This document shows, in pieces, positions 7,811 to 16,455 of a DNA stretch of 42,945 bases (its first letter is position 1; every line of letters begins with the position of its first letter). This stretch comes from a virus. The stretch is from IMG/VR virus record IMGVR_UViG_3300028902_000027; one strand, written 5' to 3'. The translations under genes and the position numbers were made by a program. Under the pieces are notes generated by a model. That model made no database searches and was not told where the DNA came from. It saw nothing but the letters and a program-made list of their open reading frames with translations.

Positions 7811-9520
7811 TCACTCTTTCCGATTCGCAACCCACCTTGGAGTATTCCAAGGGTGGGAGTCCATATCCAGATCCGCAATCAATAGCTTCTGTGTGTGCCC
7901 TGTCATTTCCTGAATCATCCTTGCACTATCTAGGGCACCACGGAAACTTTCTTCATGTTCTAGGCATCCGATAAGAAAGTCACATGAAACGTTGTCTGCT
8001 GTCTGCCCGTCACGATGTGTCCGGCCAAGCAATTGTTCCCATGCTGGAGCGCCGGCCGGAACGGCGGTAAGTAGGTTCCGATTGAACGCTTGCAAGTTGC
8101 GTCCAGTGGAGTTTGCCTTAGTGGAGGCAATGATTACCTGAGAGGGATCGGCGCGCTCGATTGGCTCACCTTGATCTGTTACTCCCTCTCTACCGTAATA
8201 CTTCCATCCGGTCAAGCGGGCAAGTTCTCTGGCAAAGAAACTATGATCTGTCCAAATGATTCCGGGTCCGCCCCTTGCCCATTTCTGGCACACCTTCAAG
8301 GCGGAATCGTCATGCCATACGGGTTTAGAGTTAGGGGTGAAAGAGTCTCGGATCCTTGCCCATTGATTCCAGCTTGACGGATCCAATTGGCCGGCCGCGC
8401 AAGCATGGGCTATCTGTAGCTCCGTGTCAAGCGTCCGGGAGTGGGAAATCACAGCGCGCACGAATGCGGCCCATTGACGCCTTGCGTTGATCCATTCCTC
8501 CGGAGGTCTTGGATCCCAAATGTAATGCAGGCCTAGTGCCAACTCTCGAGAATGACGCCATACGTCAATGGCTTGCGTCAATGCCCAGCCATCCGGTGTC
8601 TCCCAAAGGTTCCTTAGGCGCTTGAAGTTGTCCTCCGTTGTTTGGTTGACATCGTATGCCATTCCGTGGAGGTACAGAGAACATGCTACGTGGTCGTCGC
8701 CGGAAGAGATGACACCGGGAGTGTCAAGCAAACGATCGCGGAACACTTGCCGCGCTTTGCTTAGATCGTCACCTTCATAGGCTTTCCCCGGGCGAGCTAG
8801 ACGAAGCAACGGGCCCGGTTCAATCTTATTGAAGGAACGATCGGAGGGCGAAAGACATTCACTCCACTCCATGCGCGTTCCCATGTCCAACGGGATGGGA
8901 GCGGTTGCCTTCAATGCCCATTCTAGAAGATGGCCGAAGTCCTCCAAAGAGTCTTTGATCAAGGTACCGGACATGGGAACGAACCGTGTTCCGGGAGCCG
9001 CTTCCATGTAGCGTTTCACTCGGCGGGTAACGCCAGCCTTGAGAGACTTCAATTTGTGTGCTTCGTCCGCGATAATGATATCCGGCTGGGCCGTCTCAAA
9101 GAAGCGAGCGGAACTCTCCCGGCCTAGCATTTCATAGGACACCATTTGGATATTCCTAGGGATCCTCCAATGTCCCATGAGGGTGTCCATCTCAAGTCTC
9201 GTTTTCTTGATCAAGCTCGCGGGCAACAGAAGCACTGGACGAACGGCATTCGTCACGAATGGGATCAAGAGACTTAGGAGAGTCTTTCCACCTCCGACGC
9301 GCACGGCAACGAAAGCGCCCCCAATGGTCGCCACCTCATGCAGCGCCGCACCTTGAACGGGACGGAGGTGCATACGACCATTGGGAAGCCTGCAAGTGGA
9401 GGTGTAGTAAGCAGCCGCACCTTGCATTTGCTCCGTTGTCCACTGCCGCCTAGGTAGCGCGTGAATGCGCGCCATGTCGGCGGACGGTGTCAAGTTGGTG
9501 CGTGTGTAAAGAGCTTGCAA
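7811..9520 (-). CDS. SNF2/DEAD-DEAH superfamily 2 helicase
   Basis: Motif I VRVGGGKTL, motif II IIADEAHKL, motif VI QLLGRTHRDGQ. Start is TTG 9520 or ATG 9475. Confidence 0.85.
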   Translation of the reverse strand: MQALYTRTNLTPSADMARIHALPRRQWTTEQMQGAAAYYTSTCRLPNGRMHLRPVQGAALHEVATIGGAFVAVRVGGGKTLLSLLIPFVTNAVRPVLLLPASLIKKTRLEMDTLMGHWRIPRNIQMVSYEMLGRESSARFFETAQPDIIIADEAHKLKSLKAGVTRRVKRYMEAAPGTRFVPMSGTLIKDSLEDFGHLLEWALKATAPIPLDMGTRMEWSECLSPSDRSFNKIEPGPLLRLARPGKAYEGDDLSKARQVFRDRLLDTPGVISSGDDHVACSLYLHGMAYDVNQTTEDNFKRLRNLWETPDGWALTQAIDVWRHSRELALGLHYIWDPRPPEEWINARRQWAAFVRAVISHSRTLDTELQIAHACAAGQLDPSSWNQWARIRDSFTPNSKPVWHDDSALKVCQKWARGGPGIIWTDHSFFARELARLTGWKYYGREGVTDQGEPIERADPSQVIIASTKANSTGRNLQAFNRNLLTAVPAGAPAWEQLLGRTHRDGQTADNVSCDFLIGCLEHEESFRGALDSARMIQEMTGHTQKLLIADLDMDSHPWNTPRWVANRKE

Positions 9521-9537
9521 GATGCGGCCCGGCTTGA

Positions 9538-9957
9538 CTAGTTGGATCGGGAGATAATGGAGTTTTTCAATCCGCTATCCCAAATCCGTTTGAACCCCAA
9601 GCCTTTGGGTGTGCGAGGCCTGGAGTAGAAAACCTTTCGAGCGGTGTAAGGCTGGCAGTTCTCCAAGACCTTTGACTCTTCGTAGACACTCGCTTCCATG
9701 TATCCACAATCGACCAGCCATGCGATGACATGGGCCAGCCGAACGGGATTGATTGCCATCGAATCGAGGATGTCTAGAAAGGTCAACTGGGTAGCTCCGA
9801 ACCTACCGAGGTGAGAGCCGGCGTAATTGTCAAACACTCGGATAATGTTTGACACCATGAAAGGTTCCGTTACGTCCTTGGGTTGCGGCTTCCATTGATC
9901 GAACCCCCCACCGGGCACGACACCTAGGGTGACGGTTCCATCTTCGTCAACGTGCAT
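9538..9957 (-). CDS. Hypothetical protein
   Basis: ATG ORF packed tightly between neighbouring genes. No motif recognised. Confidence 0.5.
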   Translation of the reverse strand: MHVDEDGTVTLGVVPGGGFDQWKPQPKDVTEPFMVSNIIRVFDNYAGSHLGRFGATQLTFLDILDSMAINPVRLAHVIAWLVDCGYMEASVYEESKVLENCQPYTARKVFYSRPRTPKGLGFKRIWDSGLKNSIISRSN

Positions 9958-10255
9958 TGATCTGTCCCTTTACGATGATATACTCCAACTTAGCATCGGT
10001 ATTCATGCCGCGCATAGCGCGACGCATCATGATTCGATCCCAATGGGCCTCGTTGGAAGGTTTGGCCATGCGAGCCATCTCACGGAAGCGATGGCCCACA
10101 CCAGCCGGACTTGACGTGCGATAGTTACGCGGCGGAATGGCACGCGACGATCGAGCCGCCGCATTGCACATGGCATTGGTAAGGCGACGTTCGTTGATCC
10201 GCTTGATAAGGCGGGTCACATCCGGCGGCAAGGAATGGATCGGAGCTTCTTTCAT
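9947..10255 (-). CDS. Hypothetical basic protein
   Basis: Start and stop overlap both neighbours, in operon-style packing. No motif recognised. Confidence 0.4.
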   Translation of the reverse strand: MKEAPIHSLPPDVTRLIKRINERRLTNAMCNAAARSSRAIPPRNYRTSSPAGVGHRFREMARMAKPSNEAHWDRIMMRRAMRGMNTDAKLEYIIVKGQINAR

Positions 10256-10407
10256 TTGTTGAGCCTATTCATGGTGGGTGAAAGGATTGTCAGCGTTCCT
10301 AGCGCAGCAAGCCCCCAACCAAATCCGAAGTGAGATCCTACTTGGTAGGCAATTGAGAGCATGAGAATGATCGTTGCAACGTAATCAAGTACGTTGATCG
10401 GTTTCAT
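10252..10407 (-). CDS. Small membrane protein (51 aa, two hydrophobic helices)
   Basis: The ATG at 10407 lies 1 nt after the stop of the upstream gene. Sequence MKPINVLDYVATIILMLSIAYQVGSHFGFGWGLAALGTLTIL. The longer 101-aa reading would overlap the nuclease gene. Confidence 0.5.
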   Translation of the reverse strand: MKPINVLDYVATIILMLSIAYQVGSHFGFGWGLAALGTLTILSPTMNRLNK

Positions 10408-10408
10408 G

Positions 10409-12202
10409 CTAGAACCCTCGCACGACGCAGCCGGCCTTACCAGCCAACCGGGAGCAAAGGATCTGTCCCTCGCGCGTGCGAACGTCAAGGACAAGGGAGG
10501 CGCCCTTATACTTGGTCGCGACGAGATTCTCGACATACAGGGCAAGGACTCCCGCACCCTTATAGTCGATCATGGCCCAATCGGTTCCGTTGTTATCCTT
10601 GCGGATATCGTCCGAAGCCTCTTGGATCAAGTCGTCAATTGAGAACACGCCATCCCAATCGGAGGGGGCGCAATTGACATACAGGAAAGAGATGTCCGCT
10701 CCACCTTCCATGGTAACGGCCGGAGTGTTCGTCTGCTCCGGTGCGCTGGCCGGAGTATTCTTAGAACCCTTCGGACGCCCCCTGCGCTTCGGTTCGGCAG
10801 GGGCGGGCGGTTGGGGTAGCGTCGCGGGGGCAACCGCTTGCACGGGCGCTGTAGGGGCCGCACCGGGAGGGGGTTGCCACTCCGGAGGGTTGATCGGTCC
10901 GGTTGTCGCGGGGGGCGCGAATGCGGGCGGCGGGGCAGGCGGCGGGGTTTGCATGCCCGGAGGCGCCCAACCCGTGGCAGGGGCAGGAGAAGGGGCCGGA
11001 GGTGGAGGGGCAGGGCGCTCGCCAGGCGCAGGGCCTTGCACCACTCCACGGGCGACGTTCTCCGCATGCTCATTAGCGGCGTGCTCTAGCAACTGTGCCA
11101 CGACATGGGTTAGCGGACGGGTCGGGAGATACCCTCCCGTTTGCGGATTCTGAACCCATCCCGTTTGGATCACATTGGGAGGAAGATCCCTGTTTGAAAG
11201 GGACTTGCAGACATTCCCTGTCGTGGGATCCTTCACTGCGATCGAATACATATCCTCCGCGGTTGGTGCCGCTTGCGGCGCGGGAGGGGTGGGAGCCGGC
11301 GGAGTGAAGGCCGGAGGCGCCGTCAATGCCGGAGGGGCCTGGACGGCAGGCATTCCCGGCAAGGCCGGAGGTGCGGGATATCCAGCCGGCGCAGGAGCGG
11401 GAGGGGCCATGTTGCCGGCAAGGGAACCGAGACGATCCATGAGAGAGGGGGTGTTTGACATGGTAAACCTCAAAGCTTCAAGGGGTGACAAGTTGCATTG
11501 ATTGCGATAAGGACAACCGCCGTATTTGTCGCAGGCGTCCGGGTTGTGTGGGTATTCCTTCGCTTCGGTTAGGGTTTCTCGAGTTGTGGTAATCTCATTG
11601 GCGACTTGATCGAGTAGCGCCATACGATCCTGAATGTGCTCTCGATACAATGTCAGCCGTCTAGGCTCCGCGCGAAGGGCTCCCCTCGTCTGGACATAGG
11701 TCCATTGAAGGTCAACCTTTTCCACGTTGAACCGTCGAATACCCCATGCAGAGTATACGATCGCTTGGGTGTCCGTTGCGAGCGCTTCGGGTGTCTTGGC
11801 ATACGACGCGATCGAAGAGGTGGATTTGTGGTCGCCAATGGTAAGGGATTGGCCATCGAAGCGATACCAATCGATCCGGCCCGTCCAGGAATGCTTAGAC
11901 CACTTCGGACCGGGAAAGGATATCTCACCTTCGACTGTCACGCAAGGATCATTCGGTGCAGGGATCCAAGGCGTCACCTCTTGAGCAAGGCGTGCGGCAT
12001 GGTGGTCCGCCGCAAAGTCAAACGGTAGGCCTTTCTGATAGGCCTCCAGTTGCGCATGGATCTGTGTACCTAGGCGCGCGCTAGCGGACTCGCCACGGGG
12101 AATCTTGGCGATCTTATCCCAAGCCCATTTCCGGTTACAATCGTTCCACGACTCCACTTGGGAAGGGGAGTAGACGTATACCGACGGTGCGTCCGTGGTC
12201 AC
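10409..12202 (-). CDS. PD-(D/E)XK Cas4/RecB-like nuclease fused through Pro/Ala-rich linkers to a small middle domain, an AT-hook and a C-terminal domain
   Basis: GRIDWY ... IGDHKST ... TQAIVY (D, DxK, QxxxY). Cys cluster C22 plus CDKYGGCPYRNQC. Two long P/A-rich tracts. PKRRGRPKGSKN (RGRP AT-hook core, about nt 10765-10795). The last about 100 aa are globular. Confidence 0.75.
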   Translation of the reverse strand: MTTDAPSVYVYSPSQVESWNDCNRKWAWDKIAKIPRGESASARLGTQIHAQLEAYQKGLPFDFAADHHAARLAQEVTPWIPAPNDPCVTVEGEISFPGPKWSKHSWTGRIDWYRFDGQSLTIGDHKSTSSIASYAKTPEALATDTQAIVYSAWGIRRFNVEKVDLQWTYVQTRGALRAEPRRLTLYREHIQDRMALLDQVANEITTTRETLTEAKEYPHNPDACDKYGGCPYRNQCNLSPLEALRFTMSNTPSLMDRLGSLAGNMAPPAPAPAGYPAPPALPGMPAVQAPPALTAPPAFTPPAPTPPAPQAAPTAEDMYSIAVKDPTTGNVCKSLSNRDLPPNVIQTGWVQNPQTGGYLPTRPLTHVVAQLLEHAANEHAENVARGVVQGPAPGERPAPPPPAPSPAPATGWAPPGMQTPPPAPPPAFAPPATTGPINPPEWQPPPGAAPTAPVQAVAPATLPQPPAPAEPKRRGRPKGSKNTPASAPEQTNTPAVTMEGGADISFLYVNCAPSDWDGVFSIDDLIQEASDDIRKDNNGTDWAMIDYKGAGVLALYVENLVATKYKGASLVLDVRTREGQILCSRLAGKAGCVVRGF

Positions 12203-12489
12203 TTGGACATGTCAAGGTTAGGGGTAGCGCCTTGATTGATCAAGTTGTTGACTAGTTGCTGCGCGCGCTTTCGGTTCTCTTGCGCCACGGAAAGCTCGCC
12301 CTTGATCGAGTGGAAAAGCTTGGCCGCTTCCTGATACTTTAGGAATGCCTCTTTTTCCGCCTTGATCGCATTGTCAAGGGCAATCGCCGCTTGCACCCGA
12401 GGGGACGCAGTAGGGTCGGCCTCCGATGCCAGCCGATCGGCGAGAGTGGACGACGGCGCCTCGGTTGTGCTAGCCTGCGATTTAGCCAT
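12199..12489 (-). CDS. Hypothetical coiled-coil protein (candidate leaderless mRNA)
   Basis: The ATG at 12489 (MAKSQAST...) sits 7 nt downstream of a TATTCT -10 box. The upstream TTG at 12525 is part of the TTGACT -35 hexamer. Confidence 0.55.
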   Translation of the reverse strand: MAKSQASTTEAPSSTLADRLASEADPTASPRVQAAIALDNAIKAEKEAFLKYQEAAKLFHSIKGELSVAQENRKRAQQLVNNLINQGATPNLDMSK

Positions 12490-12496
12490 GGGACGG

Positions 12497-12525
12497 AGAA
12501 TAGCGGACCCTCCTATGGCAGTCAA
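12497..12525 (-). promoter_or_regulatory. Sigma70-type promoter TTGACT-N17-TATTCT, 7 nt from the ATG
   Basis: Minus strand reads ggggTTGACTgccataggagggtccgcTATTCTccgtcccATG. -35 at 12525-12520, -10 at 12502-12497. Confidence 0.6.
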
Positions 12526-12549
12526 CCCCTATCGTGCGCAAGGCAAATA

Positions 12550-14790
12550 ATGTCCGACCCTAGGACACCGGCCCAACTGGGTGGAGTCAACGTGGATACG
12601 ATCCCCCTTTGGCCCTTGCTCGCCGGAGGTGCGTGTGCATGTGGCAATTGCGAGAGTCCGGGGAAGCATCCCGCGGCACATATGTACCCCCAACCCGGTG
12701 CGGGTTACGGGATCCATTGCGGTGAGCGCAACAATGTATTTGTCATTGATTGCGACGTGAAACCGGACGCCAACGGTCTAGAGGAATTCGGCCGCCTATG
12801 TCGTGAGAGAGGTGGACATGAGTTGCCTAACACCCTTGTAGTGCGTACGGGATCGGGAGGCTTCCACTTCTTTTTTCGCTGGCCGGGAAAACGGATCAAG
12901 AATTCGCGTTCTAAGCTTGCAAAGGCGGTTGACGTAAAGGGCGACGGTGGGTGGGTTGTCGGTCCGGGTTCGCCGCACGCCAATGGAGGGACGTATGCAG
13001 TCGTCAATGATGCGCCGGTCTTGGAAGCGCCCCCTTGGTTGCTCGCATGGCAGGGCCTTTACCATGGAGAGCAACCGGACGGAGGTGGCCCTACCCCGCC
13101 TGTTCACATCCCTTGGGTTGATCCTGAATCCGACGAAGGCAAGCGGCGTATCAATGCATATGTTCTCGAATGCAAGGGACTAGAGGGTGAGTTCCCTTCG
13201 TCGGTCGCGGGCAATAGGGGGCATGATCGGCTATTCGCCATTGCAAGGCGTGGCACTGCATACTGGCAGATACCGATCGATCTATGCGCATTGATTGTAT
13301 GGGAACATTTCAACCCACGCTGCGAACCTCCCTGGCAGTGGCACGACATCCATCGGAAGGTGAATGAAGCGGTTAGAACCTTAGTGGAGCCGTCGATCGG
13401 TCCGCCTCCCATGCATTGGGGTGCGCAACTTTCAGCGATGGCAGCACTAGGTGGCGAGCTTCCTGCTGAACCAGTGGACCGCCCACGGGACAAGGATCCA
13501 ACGCACGTATACACGTTGGATGCGTCGCGCTCTGTAGTAGCAGGGAAACCGACCAAGTGCGCGTTTAGTGACATCGTCTTCCGTCTCGTGAATCACCCCT
13601 CATGGTCAGGGGTTCTCTACTTCGACGAATTTGCTCACTGTATCCGAGCCGTCAATCCTCCAATGCGCCTAGATGCGGAGACATCGGAGGAAGGCCTTTC
13701 GGACAATGACATCTCTCGTTTCAGTGTATGGTTCGAAGCGGTGCAAGGTTTCGCCGTGGCGCGGGAGCGGCTCATTGAAGCCGTCCAGTTGGCGGCACAA
13801 TCGATCAAGGTGCACCCGGTAAGAGAGTACCTTTACGCGCTTCCGAAGACTCCTACAACCATTCTGGACGACTTGGCGGGCAAGCTTTGGGGAGGATCCA
13901 AACTGGAATCCGATCTAGTTCGCAAGTTCCTTGTCGGTGCCGTGCGGCGCATCCTAAGGCCTGGCACGCAAATGGACACCATGCTTGTCCTTCAAGGACA
14001 CCAGGGGGCTAAGAAGACGCAGTTCGTGCGCACACTGTTCGGTTGGGATTGGTCGTCGCAAAGCCTTTCGGACATTACAACGAAAGATGCATCGCAGGGA
14101 TTGCAAGGCGTATGGGGTCAAGAGATTGGCGAATTGGATAAGTTCCTGAGAGTGGATCCGATGACTGCAAAGGACTTCGTCTCAAGGACGGATGAAAGGT
14201 ACCGGCCGCCATTCGGCCGCGCATTTATTCGAGTTCCGAGGCAAGTTGTATTTGTCGGAACCACTAACCTAAAGTCCATGCTCCGTGACCCCACAGGCGA
14301 ACGAAGGTATTGGATCTGCCGCATCCCTGATAACGTGGTTCTAGACCTCGAATGGGTGAAGGCTCATAGGGATGAGATTTGGTCCGCCGCATTGCAGCTT
14401 GCCATTGCCGGTACGCCGCATTGGATCGACGAAGGTACGGCAATGGCCATGGAGCTACGTACCTCGCAAGAGCAGCACGCGGAAAGGGATCCTTGGGAGG
14501 AAATTCTACGGGACTACCTCCGTGGAAAGACTTGGGTAGCTACCCGAGATCTGTACCGTTGGGCCATCTCCCATGGAGAGACTGGGTGGGAAGGCCGATT
14601 CGGTGTCAGGGAACAGAACCGAATCAATACCGCATGCCAGCGCATTGGTTGCGACCCTGAGATTGTCGGCGGCTCCAAGGGGTGGAAGGTACCGGAGCCA
14701 TTGGCCTCCGAAGCGCCCTCCAAGCCCTCCGTAGAGACTCCCAAGCTTGCGCTGCTATCTCTGGTCACCGAAAAGAAGAAACCCGCCTAG
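12550..14790 (+). CDS. Bifunctional primase-polymerase (Prim-Pol N-terminal domain) fused to VirE/D5-type P-loop helicase
   Basis: CACGNCESPGKHP, VIDCDVK and GSGGFHFFF fit the prim-pol pattern. Walker A LVLQGHQGAKKTQF sits in the C-terminal half. I prefer the ATG at 12550; the ORF is open from 12391 but would overlap the divergent gene. Confidence 0.8.
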   Translation: MSDPRTPAQLGGVNVDTIPLWPLLAGGACACGNCESPGKHPAAHMYPQPGAGYGIHCGERNNVFVIDCDVKPDANGLEEFGRLCRERGGHELPNTLVVRTGSGGFHFFFRWPGKRIKNSRSKLAKAVDVKGDGGWVVGPGSPHANGGTYAVVNDAPVLEAPPWLLAWQGLYHGEQPDGGGPTPPVHIPWVDPESDEGKRRINAYVLECKGLEGEFPSSVAGNRGHDRLFAIARRGTAYWQIPIDLCALIVWEHFNPRCEPPWQWHDIHRKVNEAVRTLVEPSIGPPPMHWGAQLSAMAALGGELPAEPVDRPRDKDPTHVYTLDASRSVVAGKPTKCAFSDIVFRLVNHPSWSGVLYFDEFAHCIRAVNPPMRLDAETSEEGLSDNDISRFSVWFEAVQGFAVARERLIEAVQLAAQSIKVHPVREYLYALPKTPTTILDDLAGKLWGGSKLESDLVRKFLVGAVRRILRPGTQMDTMLVLQGHQGAKKTQFVRTLFGWDWSSQSLSDITTKDASQGLQGVWGQEIGELDKFLRVDPMTAKDFVSRTDERYRPPFGRAFIRVPRQVVFVGTTNLKSMLRDPTGERRYWICRIPDNVVLDLEWVKAHRDEIWSAALQLAIAGTPHWIDEGTAMAMELRTSQEQHAERDPWEEILRDYLRGKTWVATRDLYRWAISHGETGWEGRFGVREQNRINTACQRIGCDPEIVGGSKGWKVPEPLASEAPSKPSVETPKLALLSLVTEKKKPA

Positions 14791-14808
14791 GGTGTCCTAG
14801 ACGGGTTT
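14779..14808. terminator. Bidirectional hairpin terminator between convergent genes
   Basis: AAACCCG(c)CTAGG-gtgt-CCTAG(a)CGGGTTT: 7 bp plus 5 bp stems around a tetraloop. It is flanked by an A-run upstream (aaaagaagaa), which gives a U-rich tail on the minus-strand transcript. It overlaps the primase stop codon. Confidence 0.6.
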
Positions 14809-14813
14809 GCTTG

Positions 14814-15005
14814 TCACTGTTTAGGTGGAGGGGTTGGAGAGCAACTCCAAGTCCATGCGGCAACTAGTTGCCCTTGGAACTCTACACATTGGTTTGGAAG
14901 AGACCAATCCGAGTAACCTTCCTCTTTCTCCGGAGGTTGCACCTCCACTTCGTTTGATTCCCCATCGGTCACTAGACGAATGTAGGTCGTAACGTATTTG
15001 TTCAT
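14814..15005 (-). CDS. Hypothetical protein (63 aa)
   Basis: ATG ORF, last gene of the leftward early unit, just before the hairpin terminator. Confidence 0.4.
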   Translation of the reverse strand: MNKYVTTYIRLVTDGESNEVEVQPPEKEEGYSDWSLPNQCVEFQGQLVAAWTWSCSPTPPPKQ

Positions 15006-15017
15006 GCTTCGCGGTTA

Positions 15018-15488
15018 CTACAGTCCGGTTGCGGCGTCAAGCCAATATGTTGGAAGGAACTCCCAACGGGCGGCCATGATTCGGATCGTACTGTAGCTCA
15101 CTTGGTGAAGGTTTCGCTTGGCGAGCTTGGCACGATCCCATTCGTTCATTTCCTCGAAAGAGACTTTCCCTCCGTACATTCGACCAAATTGCCAGTAGGG
15201 AGCCATCTCCCAAAGGGTGGAATTTGTGTTGTCAACGTAAATGAAGTCCGGCCGAGTGATGGTGCAAGCTTCCACGAAGTGGTGAAAGCACATCCGATGC
15301 GCTCGATCGAGTTGCCTGGAATCAAACAGGTATTCGCCGTCCTTTTCGAAGAAGTGATCCGCGGAACACCGGACGAACGAGGTTCCCGGATGTGCCACGA
15401 TGTGGCGATCAATCCATGTCGTCTTCCCCGAACCGGGAAGGCCGCGCATGATAATGATCTGTGTGTTCGATTGAATGATAGGTGTCAT
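15018..15488 (-). CDS. P-loop kinase-like ATPase (AAA_33 / polynucleotide-kinase-like)
   Basis: MTPIIQSNTQIIIMRGLPGSGKTTW (Walker A near the N-terminus) and YVDNTN. The frame stays open upstream to an ATG at 15821, so the start is unresolved. Confidence 0.55.
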   Translation of the reverse strand: MTPIIQSNTQIIIMRGLPGSGKTTWIDRHIVAHPGTSFVRCSADHFFEKDGEYLFDSRQLDRAHRMCFHHFVEACTITRPDFIYVDNTNSTLWEMAPYWQFGRMYGGKVSFEEMNEWDRAKLAKRNLHQVSYSTIRIMAARWEFLPTYWLDAATGL

Positions 15489-15640
15489 TGGTCGTCTTTC
15501 CACCCTTCCGGTTTCGGACTCTGCTTTTTCCATGCGTCCGGATTCGCAGGAATGAGACGAATCAAGTGGAGTGTATGGACATACTCCACCGGTGACATTT
15601 CGAGCAACTTGGTACCTTTGATTGGGCCAATCTGAGCCAT
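15485..15640 (-). CDS. Hypothetical protein (51 aa)
   Basis: ATGA start/stop overlap with the kinase ATG at 15488. Protein-like hydrophobic pattern (LLEMSPVEYVHTLHLIRLI). It competes with the N-terminal extension of the kinase frame. Confidence 0.35.
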   Translation of the reverse strand: MAQIGPIKGTKLLEMSPVEYVHTLHLIRLIPANPDAWKKQSPKPEGWKDDQ

Positions 15641-15821
15641 CTTGGCAAGCTCTCCCCTCCGACATGTCAAGGGGGGCCGTCGCCGTCGACATGACGACGG
15701 AGACTACTGCGGTGGAGGCGGTGGCGACGGCGACATCGATGCGCCCGGCGGCGGAAGTGGTGGTGTTCCCACCTCCGAAAGCTCGTCTGAACGCACGGCA
15801 CGGAAATCGGGGTTGCCCCAT

Positions 15822-16019
15822 TCAGGCAGGTTCATTGGTCACCTTCCGAATGCGGCGGGCGCTTTCCCTGTGACACCTTGCGCGATAGATGAGGACAGCC
15901 GCTTCCTCCCTCTGGAGTTCCTTTGCAAGCTGAGACGTGGAAAGATTCCGGAGGATATGCCCGGCTACCCTGAGAAGGGTACGGGCAAGGCGGTAGTGTT
16001 CGGTACTAGTCAAGTCCAT
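15822..16019 (-). CDS. Hypothetical protein (65 aa)
   Basis: The ATG ORF overlaps the upstream stop by 14 nt. Its stop is immediately followed by an ATG (TGAATG). Confidence 0.35.
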   Translation of the reverse strand: MDLTSTEHYRLARTLLRVAGHILRNLSTSQLAKELQREEAAVLIYRARCHRESARRIRKVTNEPA

Positions 16020-16257
16020 GGCTACCGGCCTTGCGCGTCACACCATGCGTTCGCTCGAGGCCACCCTTCTCTCGCAGCCTCGTTTCGAGTTCGAAAGGCC
16101 CCATGCCTTCAGCATGAAGAGAGTCGGCAGCCGCCGGTGGATAGCCGTGACGTCGAAGCATCTCCCGCATCTCGTGGAGCTCAGAAGATCCGCTTGCGTC
16201 GAGCTTGCCTGTAGGGATCTTGTCGCCGACGAAGATTTGAAGCTTTGCAAGGTTCAT
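16006..16257 (-). CDS. Hypothetical protein
   Basis: The ATG at 16257 (MNLAKLQIF...) forms an ATGA overlap with the upstream stop. Confidence 0.45.
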   Translation of the reverse strand: MNLAKLQIFVGDKIPTGKLDASGSSELHEMREMLRRHGYPPAAADSLHAEGMGPFELETRLREKGGLERTHGVTRKAGSHGLD

Positions 16258-16454
16258 TTTGAGTTCTCCGTTTCCGTCAACTTGCCTTCGATGCGGATCC
16301 ACTCCCTTCTAAGGGCTCCGTTCTCCCTTACTTCGACACTTGTGATCCCTTGGTCTTTTTCGAAAACCTCTCCAACCCAAGACTCTGCCTGGTATTCATA
16401 ATCAACGTCAACAGTTCCGGAATGTCTCCTGCCACGATATGTAAGGACTTTCAT
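16254..16454 (-). CDS. Hypothetical protein (66 aa)
   Basis: ATG ORF packed tightly in the early leftward operon. Confidence 0.45.
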   Translation of the reverse strand: MKVLTYRGRRHSGTVDVDYEYQAESWVGEVFEKDQGITSVEVRENGALRREWIRIEGKLTETENSK

Positions 16455-16455
16455 G

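Noticed and set aside
7099-7913. Multiple overlapping ORFs on both strands across 7071..7796
   Set aside because: They are shadow frames of the Pro-rich N-terminal tract. Only the 241-aa minus frame continues into a globular domain and is packed between neighbouring genes.
10572-11501. Several plus-strand ORFs (193, 108, 83 and 70 aa) rich in Gly/Ala/Arg
   Set aside because: They are antisense or shifted readings of the Pro/Ala-rich linkers of the nuclease gene (CCN codons read as GGN/NGG). They have no start context and no independent support.
12391-12549. Longer start for the primase gene (12391) and a TTG start (12525) for the divergent gene
   Set aside because: The extensions overlap each other on opposite strands. 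The TTG at 12525 is part of a TTGACT -35 hexamer with a properly spaced -10 box. The ATG at 12550 begins the conserved prim-pol domain.
15642-16214. 190-aa plus-strand ORF (Gly/Arg/Asp-rich)
   Set aside because: It is antisense to the chain of translationally coupled leftward early ORFs. Its composition is low complexity, and there is no promoter or RBS context.
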